Positions 38,008 through 49,965 of a stretch of DNA of 64,000 bases are shown piece by piece. Positions within the stretch are counted from its first letter, which is position 1. Every line of letters begins with the position of its first letter. This DNA is from Klebsormidium nitens. Lineage: Eukaryota > Plantae > Klebsormidiophyceae. Made by a program: the position numbers and the translations under genes. The notes under the pieces are model-generated. The model searched no databases and was not told the origin of the DNA. It worked only from the letters and a program-made list of their open reading frames with translations. The DNA lies in contig DF237461.1 of the NCBI GenBank assembly GCA_000708835.1, positions 2,033-66,032 of the forward strand, written 5' to 3'.

Positions 38008-41000
38008 CTAGTCAAAAAAGTACGGCGCATCCCGCACGCTCCGCACATCAAACTCCCCCCGGATCGGCACCGGCGGGAAGTCCGTCTCCGGGTACATCTC
38101 CCGAAACTCCGCCAGCAGGTTCTCTAGCAGCGGCTGGCTGTGCAACTCGATGAACTTCTCCCGCAGGATCTCGTTCATCCGCTCGACGTCGCCCGCATGC
38201 GTCCAGTAAGAGTCGTGCACGCCCGCGAAGCACAGCCCCGCCTTGCGGCACGCAATTGCAGTCATCATCATGTGGGTCGCGTCCAGGGAGTGCACGTAGT
38301 TGGGCGCGAACGCGGTCCTCTGCTTGAGCGGGTGCACCTTGTCTGCCTCCTGCTCGTCTTCTAGAAAAACGCTCTGCAAAACGGAAGAGGATGCGGCTCC
38401 GTGAAACCTCTTGACTGCTACCGCAGCTATGGCCGGACTTAGCTTAATGAGCCTCTTCCAAATCCTGTCGAAAGATAACGAGGATTGTTGGGCCGAACTG
38501 GGTGGGCAACCAACATCCTCCAGCAGAACTTGTTACAGCCTCTGGATTTCCGATCCGGGGAGCTTCCAAACCCGGCCCTCTTTCGCCCTCAAGCTACAGC
38601 TTCTTTCTCTTTTAGGTCGTCTAAAATCGTCTTGTCATTTAAATTCTACGAGCCCAGATTCTGGCGGAGCTCAAAGGTGAAAGCAAGTCCTTCAAGTGCA
38701 AGAGGGTTGTTTCACGAGCCAGAACCTGACGGACCTCGACAATCAAAGCGAGATCTTCACCTGCAAGACGGTCTGTACAATCTTCTTGGACCGCTTCTTG
38801 TACGGCTGCACGACGGGCAGCCCCAGCGGCGTGGTCCACATGACGGCGTCGTCACAGCCCTCGGGCAGCCTGCCCGAGATGATGACGGCGCAGTGGCCCA
38901 GCCACGACATGATGGCCCTGCATATGACGTCAGAAGAGGACGTCAGCAAGGGCCGACGTGATCAGTGAGGGATTTCATTGAATGAATGAATGGACGTCAG
39001 CAGAAGTTACGGGCAACAAAAGGGGAGGTCGTGCGGGTTGGTTAGAGCGAACGGACTGCAAGGTCGAAAGAAACAAAGAAAGTGGACGACATTCGGCATC
39101 GAAGGCTAAATCGCTGCACAAGGAGCGAGAGTAGGTGCGAAGTATGCAACGACCGGAGGTCAGATTCGAAGCGGGCAGGAGCGAGGGGGCAATTCATGTT
39201 TTGAGGAAAAGTGCGTTACGTTCCCAGCGACCTGCCAACTTTAGTAGAAACTCAGGTTGATAAATCGAATCTGTTGACGTGTGGGATAGATGCCCAGGTT
39301 GACTCAAACTAGCACGCTGCTCGCACTAAGCTGTAGTCCCCGCTACCGACACTCAGGCTTCCTCCAAAACCTCGCTATCTCCAATCCCTGATAGACGAGA
39401 GCCACTCTTCTAGTTCCTCGCCGCTCTTCAAGTTCCTCACCTAGCTGAATTGAAGATCTCCCCTAGCGACGCCAGCGTGACTTTGGTCGCATACATGGTT
39501 AGCTGGAACAGCAGTTGATCGTCTTCCGTGACCCCTTTCTCCTTGAGCCGGTTCCGGATCTGCTGCCGCGCCCCAATGAATGTCACGCCGTAAACTGACG
39601 TCATCACCGTCTGCTTCACCAACTTGCGGTCCACGTGGTCACGCAGAGCCAGCGCCACGTGGCGGCCCTTCGCTGCGTCCGCTTCAACCTGGCAGTGGCA
39701 CACCGGTTTTAGGACAACAAGTACACTAGACTTTGACGAAAGAACGGATACAGAGTATTCATTTTTCCAGAATGACAATCTCTTTACTCATCTTTCGGTC
39801 TATACGACTAGCAAGGTCTAAGCTGAGCTAAGAACGAAGGTCAACCGTAGGTGCAACGAAAAACTTTTCAAAGGACTAGATTGCAGCTCTGGCATTCCTG
39901 CTTACAAAAGAGTCAATTTGTGCTGAGTTTACTTGGACTTGTCCGTTGGCGCCTAACCATCTTCCGTGGGTCTAGCACAAACCCTTCGCCCGCATGTTCA
40001 GCATAGCACGTCATCATTACCGCTCGCCGGTCTTGACCGTCTTCTGACAGTTCAAGCATCGGGTTTCGTAAATTAAAAACTGGGGGTTGTCGTAACCTAC
40101 CTTCTCCCGGACGGTATCTGCAATCCCGGTGTACACGTCCGCCGGCTTATCCATCGCCAGCATGTTGACGTGCTCCGCCCCCCGGATGTCTTTGCCGAGC
40201 GCCGCATAGTGCTGCAAACCGTTGCAGGAGCCGTCCTGATGCACTGCGAGCGCGCAGACATATGACGGGGGATCGCCGCTTCGGACGGCTTTCGTGATCT
40301 CCATGCACGTGGCAAGGGCTTGGAAGGGGTCCTCTGCTTTCATCCACCACCGGTTGCCCGCCATGGGCCGGTCTGCGGAGTCCATGATCTGATGAGGGGA
40401 AGAGCGAATGATGGTTAGGAAAGGATTCAGAAGGACCCGTCAGAGCCCATGATCTGGAAAGGGGAAGAGCGAAATCGAATAAGAACTTGGTCAAGTTTTA
40501 CCCGTCGAAAGCGCAATTTATGCAGTGTATGAATTCGGGTATGACTGATGTGAGGAAAGCTCTTTCAACGCCTCAAAGGATTGGTAGGGTCATACTTGGC
40601 GGGCGAGCGAATGTGTGCTGGAGTATCTGGCGAGGTTTCGTGAGGCCCATCAAGAGCGAGTCGAAACAAGGACGGACAAATACAAGAGGCACCCAAGCAC
40701 CTCCAAATTGCCACAGAGTAGCGAAGCAACAAGAACCTGGGGCGAACAATACCAGTTGACGCAAAGCAAACGTCACGGTGGGACCAATTCGCATTGTCAA
40801 CTCAAGAACAGCAACAAACCATCGATTCACGATAAAAACTCGGAGTGCACGTCCGTCCATGCAAAGCATCTAAATCCACTTTGCAAGGAAGAGGCTGCCG
40901 CCTAACCTCGGCCATGTGTTCGTCGCAGTACTTTTCCCGCTCGTCGAAGGACAGCTTGTCGACGCTGTTGCCCACCAGGTTCGCGAGGTGGATCTTGAGC

Positions 41001-44000
41001 CACCGCAGGCCGCGCTCCCCAAGAGGGCGGCCGTCCGCAAACTGCAGAGGGCGTAAATGAAGTGAGTCGCAAACCTTTTGATCAATCCACTCCAGTTCAA
41101 CGGCGATGTTGAGCGGGGAAAATTTGGAAAATACCCGTCATGGTACTGATCTTGAGCCACCGCAGACCGCGCTCCCCGAGAAGGCGGCCGTCCGCAAACC
41201 GTAAAGGGTGTAGCAAAACGTAAGTTAATCTCTTTTTAGTTCTTCAATTCCAGTCCAACGCCGATCCGGAGAACAGAAGCGTGAAACATTTCGAATTGCC
41301 CCTCAATATGTTCTATTCTTGAGCGAAGCGCAGGCCGCGCTCCCCGAGAGGGCGGCCATCCGCAAACTGCAGAGGGAGTACCCGAACGTGAATCGCAAGC
41401 TTCTTTGAATGGTTCAGTTCCCGTCCAACGGCGACAATCCGAGAGGTAAGGGGAGAGAACAGAAGGCTAGAAGTATCAAGAGGTGGAAAAACGGGGAAGT
41501 GTGTGCTCAGATCCACCATGAGCATGCCCTGGCAGACGTCGCTCCCGAGGTGGTTCAGGTGCGGGTGGACGGGGTAGGCAAGAAAAGAAAGAAACAGGCA
41601 CAATGCAGCAGGGTAATTTCAAGCTGGTAAGCAAAGAGAGCAGACGACTAACATGAACAACAAACAGAAGAAAAGGACAAGTGGAGACCTACCATGAGCG
41701 TGCCGCGACACACTTCGGCTCCTAGGTGGTTGAGGTGCGGGTGGGGTAGGCAACAACGCGTCAATAAAAGAACAGATACAATGCGGCAGTGTGATCTTCA
41801 TGCTGTTAAGCAAAAGAGCGGAAAGCTAACCACATCAACAGACGGAAGAATGGAGAAGAGTGTATTAGACCCACCATGAGCATGCCCCGGCAGACGTCTG
41901 CTCCGAGGTGGTTGAGGTAAGGGTGAATGGGGTAGGCGCGCCCCCGGAAGTCGAGCGTGTGCGGGAAGAAGAAGCGCTCCTCGTCGCGCAGCTGCCGCAT
42001 CGTGCTCAGCTTCAGAATCATGTCCCCGCGCTGCGACACCGTCTCGCTGTTGGCCTGCTTCACCTGGAAGAAGGAGAGGGGGGGGGAAATCGTGAGTCAG
42101 ATGACGTCAGCAAGTTCGAGGTGGCGTCAGGAGGTCGGCTAGCACTGATAAAGTCGGTGGGAGTTTTCAAGCAAGCTTCAGCTTCATGTCCTTTGCACTG
42201 CGATACCGCCTGCCGCACGTGGTAGGGGGGGATCGTCAGGAGATGACGTCAGCGAGGCGAAGTGACGTCAGGACGTTGGACAGCCCGGAGAGAAGTGGAG
42301 GGGTGTCTTCATGTCAGTTTGAGAGTCAAATCTACGCAACGCAACAGCGTCTCGCTGTTGGCCTGCCACACATGGAAACGGGGGCGGGTTGAATAGGATT
42401 GTGGGTCAGATGACGACAGACAGGCGAGGTGACGACAGGACGTCGGATGGCATTGAAGAAGTGATGGAGAATTCACGTCAGCTTCAGAATCATGTCCCCT
42501 CGCTGCGACACAGTCTTACTGTCTGCCTGCCGCACCTGGAAGGCGGGGAGGGCGGTAGAGAGAATTTCAAGTCAAATGACGTCCTTAAGTCGAGATGACG
42601 TCAGGACATCGGATGGCACAATAGAAGTAGCGGGGCTTTTCAAGTCGGGTTCAACGTCCAATTCTCCGAGCCGCGATACCATGTCCCCTGTTCACCCTGC
42701 CGCAAAGCGCGACTAAGGTGACGTCAGCAGAGCAGGACGTTGGCTGCCGTTTAATGAAGCGGTGGGCGTTGCGTTTCGCTCTTGGCCTGGCGCTTCCAAG
42801 GGTGGGTGGGGGCCAGCAGGAAGTCACGACGTTAGGAGGCGAGGTGACGTCAAAAAATTGGACAGCGTCGAGCAAGGCGGGGATGGGAAACAAGAAACTG
42901 GTCGCATGTTAATTGTTCCATTGTCGAACCGAAAACGTAACCCGCTGAGACGCACCTTTGCCAGCGCCCGCTTGTATTCCCGCCAGATCGTCTTATCCGT
43001 CGCATCCTCCCCCTCCGGTTTCTTCGGCAGGGGGTCCAGCACTCGTCGAGGCAGGCCCGCCGTTGCCCCCTCGTGCTCACACAACTCCCAGACTTGTTCA
43101 ACCACTCGCGATACGGGGGCGTTGATTTTCCAGGGAACGATGCCCAGCGCGTTGAGAGCATCGAAGACAGGTTGCATGCGGGGGATCCTTTCGGGGGAGA
43201 GCCTTTGGGCTTTGCGCAGCGCCTCGAGCTGCATGCGCGAACCCCGGGTGCGCATGACCAGGTTCCGAAGGAGAAGCTGGCCCCCCCGATTGTGACTGCA
43301 GAGAAAATAGATAAACAGTCAATATACATATGAAAAAGTAAACAAAGAGATTGTTGCCGGCAATGTAGGCAACGCCTTGGCTTTTCTCTCTCGTGACATG
43401 GGCACGTGCGTTCTTTACCTCGGCCCTCCTGGCAACAACCTTCAACCTACTCTCAACGAATTGGCTTTTCAAAACACGAAGCTGAACCAACCGCTCGTTA
43501 TTACCCTGCACTTTGATTCTAAATTACGAACCTCCTGTGCTACAATTGACTTCCCAACTTCCTAACCAATTCCCCCCAACATCTGATGACCTCTTGAAGT
43601 CCACTTTCGACTTTCGCCCCGTACAACCGCTGAAACTCCCTTGCCTCCCGAAACCCGCCCTAACCTCCTCCTTAACCCTCACCTGGTCCACGGCTTGGGC
43701 GGCACGAGCATCGGCATGTGTCTCGGGAACCGGTCCGCAAGCGCCGCGGTCTCCTGGCTCAGCTTCTCGAGGATCGCCGGATGAACTTCCAGCACCCCGC
43801 ACTTATGCACCGGCCCCCCCCGGCTGCCTTTCAGCATCCGCAGCGTGTGCCGGAACGCCGGGATCCGGAACTGCTGCTTCCCCTTCTTCGGCACGCTCAA
43901 ATGCCCCCACTCGGGCCCAAACTTCCGGATCGCCGCCTCGAGCATCGCCGCACGCGTCTCCTCTTCGACCGGCAGTTCCGCAGCTTCCGCGCCAATCGGG

Positions 44001-47000
44001 ACGGGCTCCGCACTCGCCGGCGCGCTCCTCACGTGCGCGTCGAGGGTCTGGATGAGGTTACTGTTAACCGCGGCCACGATCGGAGCCAAGACCGCATCTC
44101 CAATGGCGTTGCTCGCGCTCATCCGCACCAAGCTCGCGAGCGAACTCCCGGGCTTCGCCTTTCCCTGCGCCTTTTCCGTTCCGGAAACCTCCGCCGCCGC
44201 GTCACCGCTCGCCGCAAGCTCCGCTGCCCTCTGCCCGCTCCGCCCCCGCCTCTTCTTCTTCGCCTTCGTCGCGCCCCCTTGCGACGTCTCCGCTTCCGCA
44301 GACAGCCTCCGTCGCTCCTTATCCTGTTCCGACCGCTCTTCCATCTCACGCATTGTTTCCTGGATTGCCGTTTCCGTCGAGTCAAGAACCGTTGCACTTT
44401 CCGCGACATCTTCCGAAGGCGCAGCCGCGATTGTCTGCGCCGGATCCGGCAAGGCGCTCGCGGTATCGTCTAGCCGGGGCGCAGTCTCGGTAAGCAATTT
44501 TGACTTGTCTATAGCTTCGTTCCATTGGAAGTCCTGATCAAATGTGCGGGCGTTCTCGTAGAGGAGGGGCGTGTCTTTGGGAGAGACGCCATCGACCTCG
44601 CCCTTCTCGATCGCGTTCAGGAGCTTGGCGTTGGGCGGATTCCTAGGCTCGAAGACGGACTGCACACGTGAAGCAACGGCATTTGATCTGACGTCAGAGA
44701 CATGACAATCTATACAGGAAGTAGATTTGTAAGGCATGGCGCATACTTGTCTGAAACCCGTTTCATGCTTGCCGGATTATCCTTCAAATAGTTGTTGCGC
44801 GCTAGGCTTGTCGTAAGATGTGTCAACAGAAGTGATCGCACGGTATCCGAGAATGCAGCAGCGCTTTGACTCATCTACAATCTGCACCCGACTAACACCA
44901 ACTTACGCTAATCCGCAACACGATGTAACACGATTGAAAGGATCAAAGTGTACTTTCGAAAGATGGACGATCATGTGACATGATTAGACTGGAGCATGAA
45001 GAGTTGTCAATCAGTTTGCCGCCAACCGATTGGTTACACAAACTGTTTCAACATAGACTGGTCTGATTGTTCGAGACAGAAAAGATGACCACGCACTCCC
45101 AGATCTGCAATCCGCGCTTACCGGCGCCACTTCTGTCGCCTGCAGAAAGATTTGAAGGAGCGCCGCCCCCACTTTCGCATGCACGTCGGCGCCCCAGTCC
45201 GTGTTGCTCTCGATCGCTTGCCTTGCGTGATAGTTAATCCTGTGCTTCGACCCCGGTTGCATGAGTTCCTTCATAGGCAACATGCGATACCTGCAATGGA
45301 AGCCGTTGTCAGTATTTGAATTTAGGCATCGTTGTCATTGATCCTCGTTTCTGTTCATTCCCTTTGAAATTTGTCTCCAGAAACGTCAGTACGGCCTCGG
45401 TCGCCACAAGATGCATTACAGGAGAAGATTGACATGGCTATCAGTGACCGGGACCCAGACCGCCGGGCATTCCCACGAGTTTGAACAAAAGCAACCACCT
45501 GTCCCTGAAAATACCGATACATTCGATGCATTACGTTTTTCCTGCCTGATTATCTCTCAAACACTAGGTCTCTCAAACACGATGTCAACACCTCCTCATG
45601 TCGTCAGCGAGATTTTGTGAGCCACACAGTAAGCCGCCTCGACCCGCAGACATACGTGTAGCAACGAAGCTGGACGTTTCTCACCCTTGCTTCGTCGCCT
45701 CCAGAGTAAACTGATCCGGAAAGTAGACCCGCATGACAGCCTCCACGCCTGCCCGCGCCTCCCTCCGTCTCTGCTTGTCCTTCGATGTGCCTTCTGCCGC
45801 CAGTTCCTCCAACTGCATGAGGATCTCCTCCGCCAACGGGCTCGCCTCCGCGCTTGATTCTTCGCCCCCCTCGGCCCTTCCCTGTGCCTCAACCTCCGTA
45901 CTCGACTCACTGCCCTCCTCGTCGGCAAATCCAGCCGCAGCCATTTTTAGCTTCTGTTCCAACTCTTTCTTTTTCCGCTTTGTCTGCCGCTGCCGCAATT
46001 GGTACAAGTGCACCATGCGCGCCAGGTTGGACTCCGTCTCCACCGCCTGACCCAGGTCCATAACCACGGTCACCACCTTAACCCAGCCCTTCTCCGCAAG
46101 ACGGTGCCTGCAGGAGACAGTCGTGGTGGTTAGCCGAAAATTCATGTCAGGCTATGAGCAAGTAAATCTAGACCCTTTTAAAACGGCCGGAAAATCTCTT
46201 TCACGAGGGGCGGACAAGCTTGCACAATGAGGGGTGAACAGTCAGACCAGATCGTGCAGTACACAAACACTATATCCTCACTCACTTTTGCGAAGACGAT
46301 GAGGACGTAATGCTTGCTTGTCAATTCATCAGGTCAGAAAATCCGGATGTCAATCATCGAATCCAAGCATGAGCATTCGTATTGAAAGGCTAGGCCCGTT
46401 CTCCCGGGCTCAGAGACCCACTTTGTAGATGCCCCCCTTCGTTGCACCGCATAAGTTTTAAAGAGCAGCAGAAAGGTCATCGCACTTCCCAATTCCCATG
46501 TTCTCCCTGTCCTCACACACTCACCCACTTCTTTCAGAAATAGAACAATCAAACGCCCGGCCAAGACCGTAATACAACTTTATCAAATTTCTCACAGGCT
46601 CACGTCGTACTTTTCATGAAGATACCGTTTGAACGCCCTGCCAAGTACGTAAAAACAGTGCCACTCTGTTGCTCACCTCTGGTCCCTGGCTGAGTGCCCG
46701 TCGTGGCTGCTGCCCCCTCTGCCGTCCGGCATCAGAAACGCGTTCAGCACGCACTGGAGTGTGAGCGCCGCCAGCTTGTCCGACTCTAAGAGCAAAAGGT
46801 ACGGCCCGTAGTTCTTGCGGTCCATGCCACGCTCCCCGTTCAGGATCGCATTCCGCTCCCGGTCTATCGCGCGCTCCAGCGGATCGAAAAGCTCGGTCAT
46901 GAGCGAGGTTTCGGAGCCCAGCGTTACCCCGCGCTTTCGCCGCTGTGCAACAGAAGGAAGGTGTCAGATCAGCGGAGCGTTAATAGAATTGAGGAGAAAA

Positions 47001-48905
47001 TGAGTGACGCCTTGAATCTATCTAAAAGTATAGTTTGCAACCAAAAAGCTTACAAGGATGACGATCAATTCCGCACCCGAACGCAGTTTTCAACCTCACG
47101 TGTCCAATCTATTCATCAATGTAACAGCCGGAGCAAATATGCTATAGAAACTTCACAAGCATAAGGATCAAAATTCATACAGAAAAGCTCAATGTCTGGA
47201 TGGCTTTCAATCATCAACAAAAGGTACTGGAACGTTGTCTTGGTGACCCGGCACGCTTTTCACCTGTCTTCATAATCAAGGGCCAGCAGAAATGAGAACG
47301 ATATACAGGTGACGCTAGTCCCAGGATTTCATCTCCATCTTGTTGCCAAGTGGGATGTGTTCTGACAGGACTGGAAGCATCTGCAGTCCGCAGTCAACAG
47401 CTTAAGGACACTCGACGTCTCTGTCTTCCTCAAATTTCGCAGACAAATCAATCAGGCAAAGCTTGTCATAACAGGTCTGTACAAGCCTTGGAGAACCCCC
47501 AGCCCCAATCACCGATTGGCACTTCAAAACCTAAGAACAAAGCGCTCGCTTACACTGTGTCCAGTCTAGGCAAGAGACATCGCGATACCAAGTCAGCATC
47601 TTCCATAAAAAGAGCAAGGAAAGCAAAACCGGGATATGACCCAGACCTAATTGAGAGACCAGACCAGGATCCAGGGCTCAACCAGCCAGTCCCCATCCTT
47701 ACCTCGTTCAACTCTTCTTGGAACTTCTTCACTGCCGTGTCCAGAGATTTCGCCTCCATCTTGTGCTGCCGCTGCCGCAGCATCCGGTAGCGCTGCCTCT
47801 CTTCCGTCGCCTTGGGTTTCGGTCCCCTTCGCCGTTCCACGAGGGGCTCTGTGGCTCTCAATTCCAACCCCCCATCCCCCCGCAACTCTTGCCCCTCTCG
47901 CAATCGCTCCTGGGGGGCCTCTGCGACACTCACTTCCACCCCTCCATCTTCCGAGAAGTCTCGCCCCAAGTCGACTGGAGCAGTCTCCGGTGCCCCTTCC
48001 TGGCCTAGATCCGAAAGCGATGCCGCCCGCTCCAAGTCTAATTCTTCGACGAGTAACCGGTTCCCACTCATGTCTGCTGATGCAGCAGACTCCCGTTCGA
48101 GGTCCTCCGTTTGCCAGTTGGTTGTACTGAGAGGTTCCGCCGTCCCCTCTTCTTCAGCCAACTGCTCCGCATCCAGGCCCCGCTCATCAAACACCTTCCC
48201 GAGAGCCCCTCTGACCCCCTCCCTCGCGCTCCCCCACTTGGCCTCGAACCGGCCCCAGTCCCCCTCCTTTTTCTGCCAATACTGCGTCCAAACAGCATTT
48301 CCCCCCTGCAACACCTCCCGCCAATCTCTCTCAGCACTCGACCCCTGCCGCCACAGGCGTGCATAGTCGTGGTAAACTGGGACAGTTACTTGACGCCGCA
48401 CGGCCTGGTTGCTCCTGTGCCGCACCTGCTGCTCTGCGGCGGTGTCATCCGGCGGCTCCTTCCGGACGGGTCGCCGAACACCATGTAAGGCCACTCGGGG
48501 GCTGCCTTCCGGCTCACTTTTCTCGATCTCTGCTATTCGCAACGGAACCAGATGCGAAGCATTTCTAGTGAACAGGCCGGAGTGCGGCCGCAGGAAACTG
48601 CTTTTGCTGGATGAGAAAATATGCCTAGAGGAGACTAGATGACGAGGTGGGACCACTGATGCGGGGTGGTGAGAGAGTGCAGACTTTGCCAGCCCCCCGC
48701 AGCAAGGGGTGTGAAGAATTTCGGGAGCTGTTGCGGTAGCAGCCTTCATCAGCGGCAGGTCCGCTGGTGGCTTCGGTGGTGCTTCTGACTTTGCCCTAGC
48801 TCTGCGTTTCAAAGCTTGCGGCAATTCTCCTTCTTGCAACTTCAGCAGCTTGAGCAGTTTGCTCGAGTCCCGGCAGTGCTGCCCTAAGTAGCGAGCGCGC
48901 CACAT
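38008..48905 (-). CDS. RPOT: Nuclear-encoded phage (T3/T7)-type organellar RNA polymerase RpoT, about 1,586 aa, 12 coding exons
   Basis: Exons 48905-47703, 46942-46677, 46107-45685, 45290-45122, 44659-43683, 43295-42956, 42063-41875, 41041-40907, 40388-40101, 39688-39441, 38917-38761, 38373-38008; phases agree and total 4,761 nt. Motifs [23 protein letters not shown] (A), [14 protein letters not shown] (B), GVHDSYWTH (C), PYFF. Starts MWR like plant RpoTs. Confidence 0.95.
40389..40475 (-). repeat. 65-nt tandem duplication of the RpoT exon-9 acceptor
   Basis: TTCGCTCTTCCCCTTTCCAG|ATCATGGGCTCT (copy, exon-like part begins 40453) versus TTCGCTCTTCCCCTCATCAG|ATCATGGACTCC (true, 40388). Confidence 0.75.
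41042..41874 (-). repeat. RpoT intron 7 made of tandem triplications of both flanking exon junctions
   Basis: Exon-7 end plus donor repeated at 41751-41693 and 41579-41517 (period about 180 nt); acceptor plus exon-8 start repeated at 41366 and 41198 (period about 160 nt). The intervening intron sequence is also homologous between units. Confidence 0.9.
42064..42870 (-). repeat. RpoT intron 6: tandem array of branch point-acceptor-exon-7 start units
   Basis: Exon-7-like starts at 42218, 42371, 42535 and about 42703 (period 153-168 nt), each preceded by CTGACGTC branch-like motifs. Confidence 0.85.
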
Positions 48906-49190
48906 CTTAGCAATAGATGCCTGCAAACAACCAAAGATATTTGATGCTCAACTGACAGGATACAATACTGGCCTGAAGAGCATAAAGTATCCGAAAGATA
49001 GTAATCAGCTGAGCAACCAAAAGTCAGTGGTCAGGTGCCACATCTTAGCAATAGATGCCTGCAAGACAACAGGAGTTCTTTGATGCTTGATTGAACTGAC
49101 ACAGACAACGCCCTCAAAAACGACCACCGAACGTTGATAAGAGATAAAAAGATCACAACCAGCTGAGCAACCAGAAAGTCACTGATCATT
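48899..49190 (-). repeat. 138-nt tandem duplication covering the RpoT acceptor and start codon
   Basis: 28-nt exact match (plus strand GCCACATCTTAGCAATAGATGCCTGCAA) at 48899-48926 and 49037-49064; further similarity between 49005-49036 and about 49155-49190. Confidence 0.85.
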
Positions 49191-49724
49191 AAAGGGAACG
49201 ATGGCCGGATGCAAAAAATCAAAGCCCTTGATAAGATCTGCTGATTCTACAACCTGCCACGTTCTTACACTTTAACAGTTCACCACCCATTAAGCGAGCG
49301 GGCGAGACCACTATCCACCAATCGGTAATGGTTCTCGAAGCCGATGAAACGACAGCATTGAAAGGTACAATTCCAACTTTCAGCACACATGATTAATTTA
49401 GGAACTGTGAAAAGGTTCTTCCTAACCATCTCTTCTTTCCAAGCGGAACTCACCTCCCACGATCCCTAGCGCGCTCCGCTAGGCAGAACACTCACAGGAT
49501 GACTGATGCTTCGCGCGTCATACTCTGACATCCGGAACTAGCTCTCTGAGCACTGAAGCTAGTAAGATAAAACTTCTAGAAGCATTGACCCTCGCCCCCA
49601 TTCACTGAATGGCACCGTGACTGCCTCATTGATTATTTGATATCATATTCTGAATAGCACACTCGGTGTGCGCCAGCAAGTATTATACGGTTCGTGTCGA
49701 TCACAGGTGATGAAAACAGGTGAT

Positions 49725-49965
49725 GAGTATCGGCCCTAATTCCGGAATTTCGCAATTCCGGACGGGTAAACCAAAAACCTTATTCCGGACCTAACAAAGC
49801 AGTCTACCGAGCACGCTGGGGCTTTCACCAGTTCCAATTCCGGATGGTTCGCACGCTATTCCGGACACCGTGTGTCAACTTACCGACCTAATCTGTTATG
49901 TCCGAAATAAGGTTTTTGCTTTACCCGTCCGGAATTGTGAACTTCCGGAATTAGGGCCGATACTC
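49725..49965. mobile_element. MITE-like foldback element, 241 bp, with 72-bp terminal inverted repeats
   Basis: 49725-49796 versus reverse complement of 49894-49965: 5 mismatches in 72 nt; many internal TTCCGGA motifs; no clear TSD. Confidence 0.75.

Noticed and set aside
38921-42860. Many TGACGTCA palindromes as bZIP/CRE enhancer sites
   Set aside because: On the coding strand they are CTGAC branch-point-like motifs just upstream of true or duplicated acceptors, which explains them without invoking transcription-factor sites.
43718-44537. Long plus-strand ORFs antisense to RpoT (also 47651-48366, 58238-58999 and similar ORFs over LepA)
   Set aside because: Expected shadows of GC-rich coding exons; no independent motifs.
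38008-48905. T7-like polymerase as evidence of a prophage, virus or plasmid insertion
   Set aside because: It has 11 spliceosomal introns in the coding region, a plant-type MWR start and no neighbouring viral genes; this is the standard nuclear RpoT.
12211-48905. Clustering of organelle-targeted genes (LepA, GDPD, STIC2-like, glyoxalase-like, RpoT) as a functional gene cluster
   Set aside because: Organelle-targeted genes are common in algal genomes and these belong to unrelated pathways; I see no shared regulatory signature.
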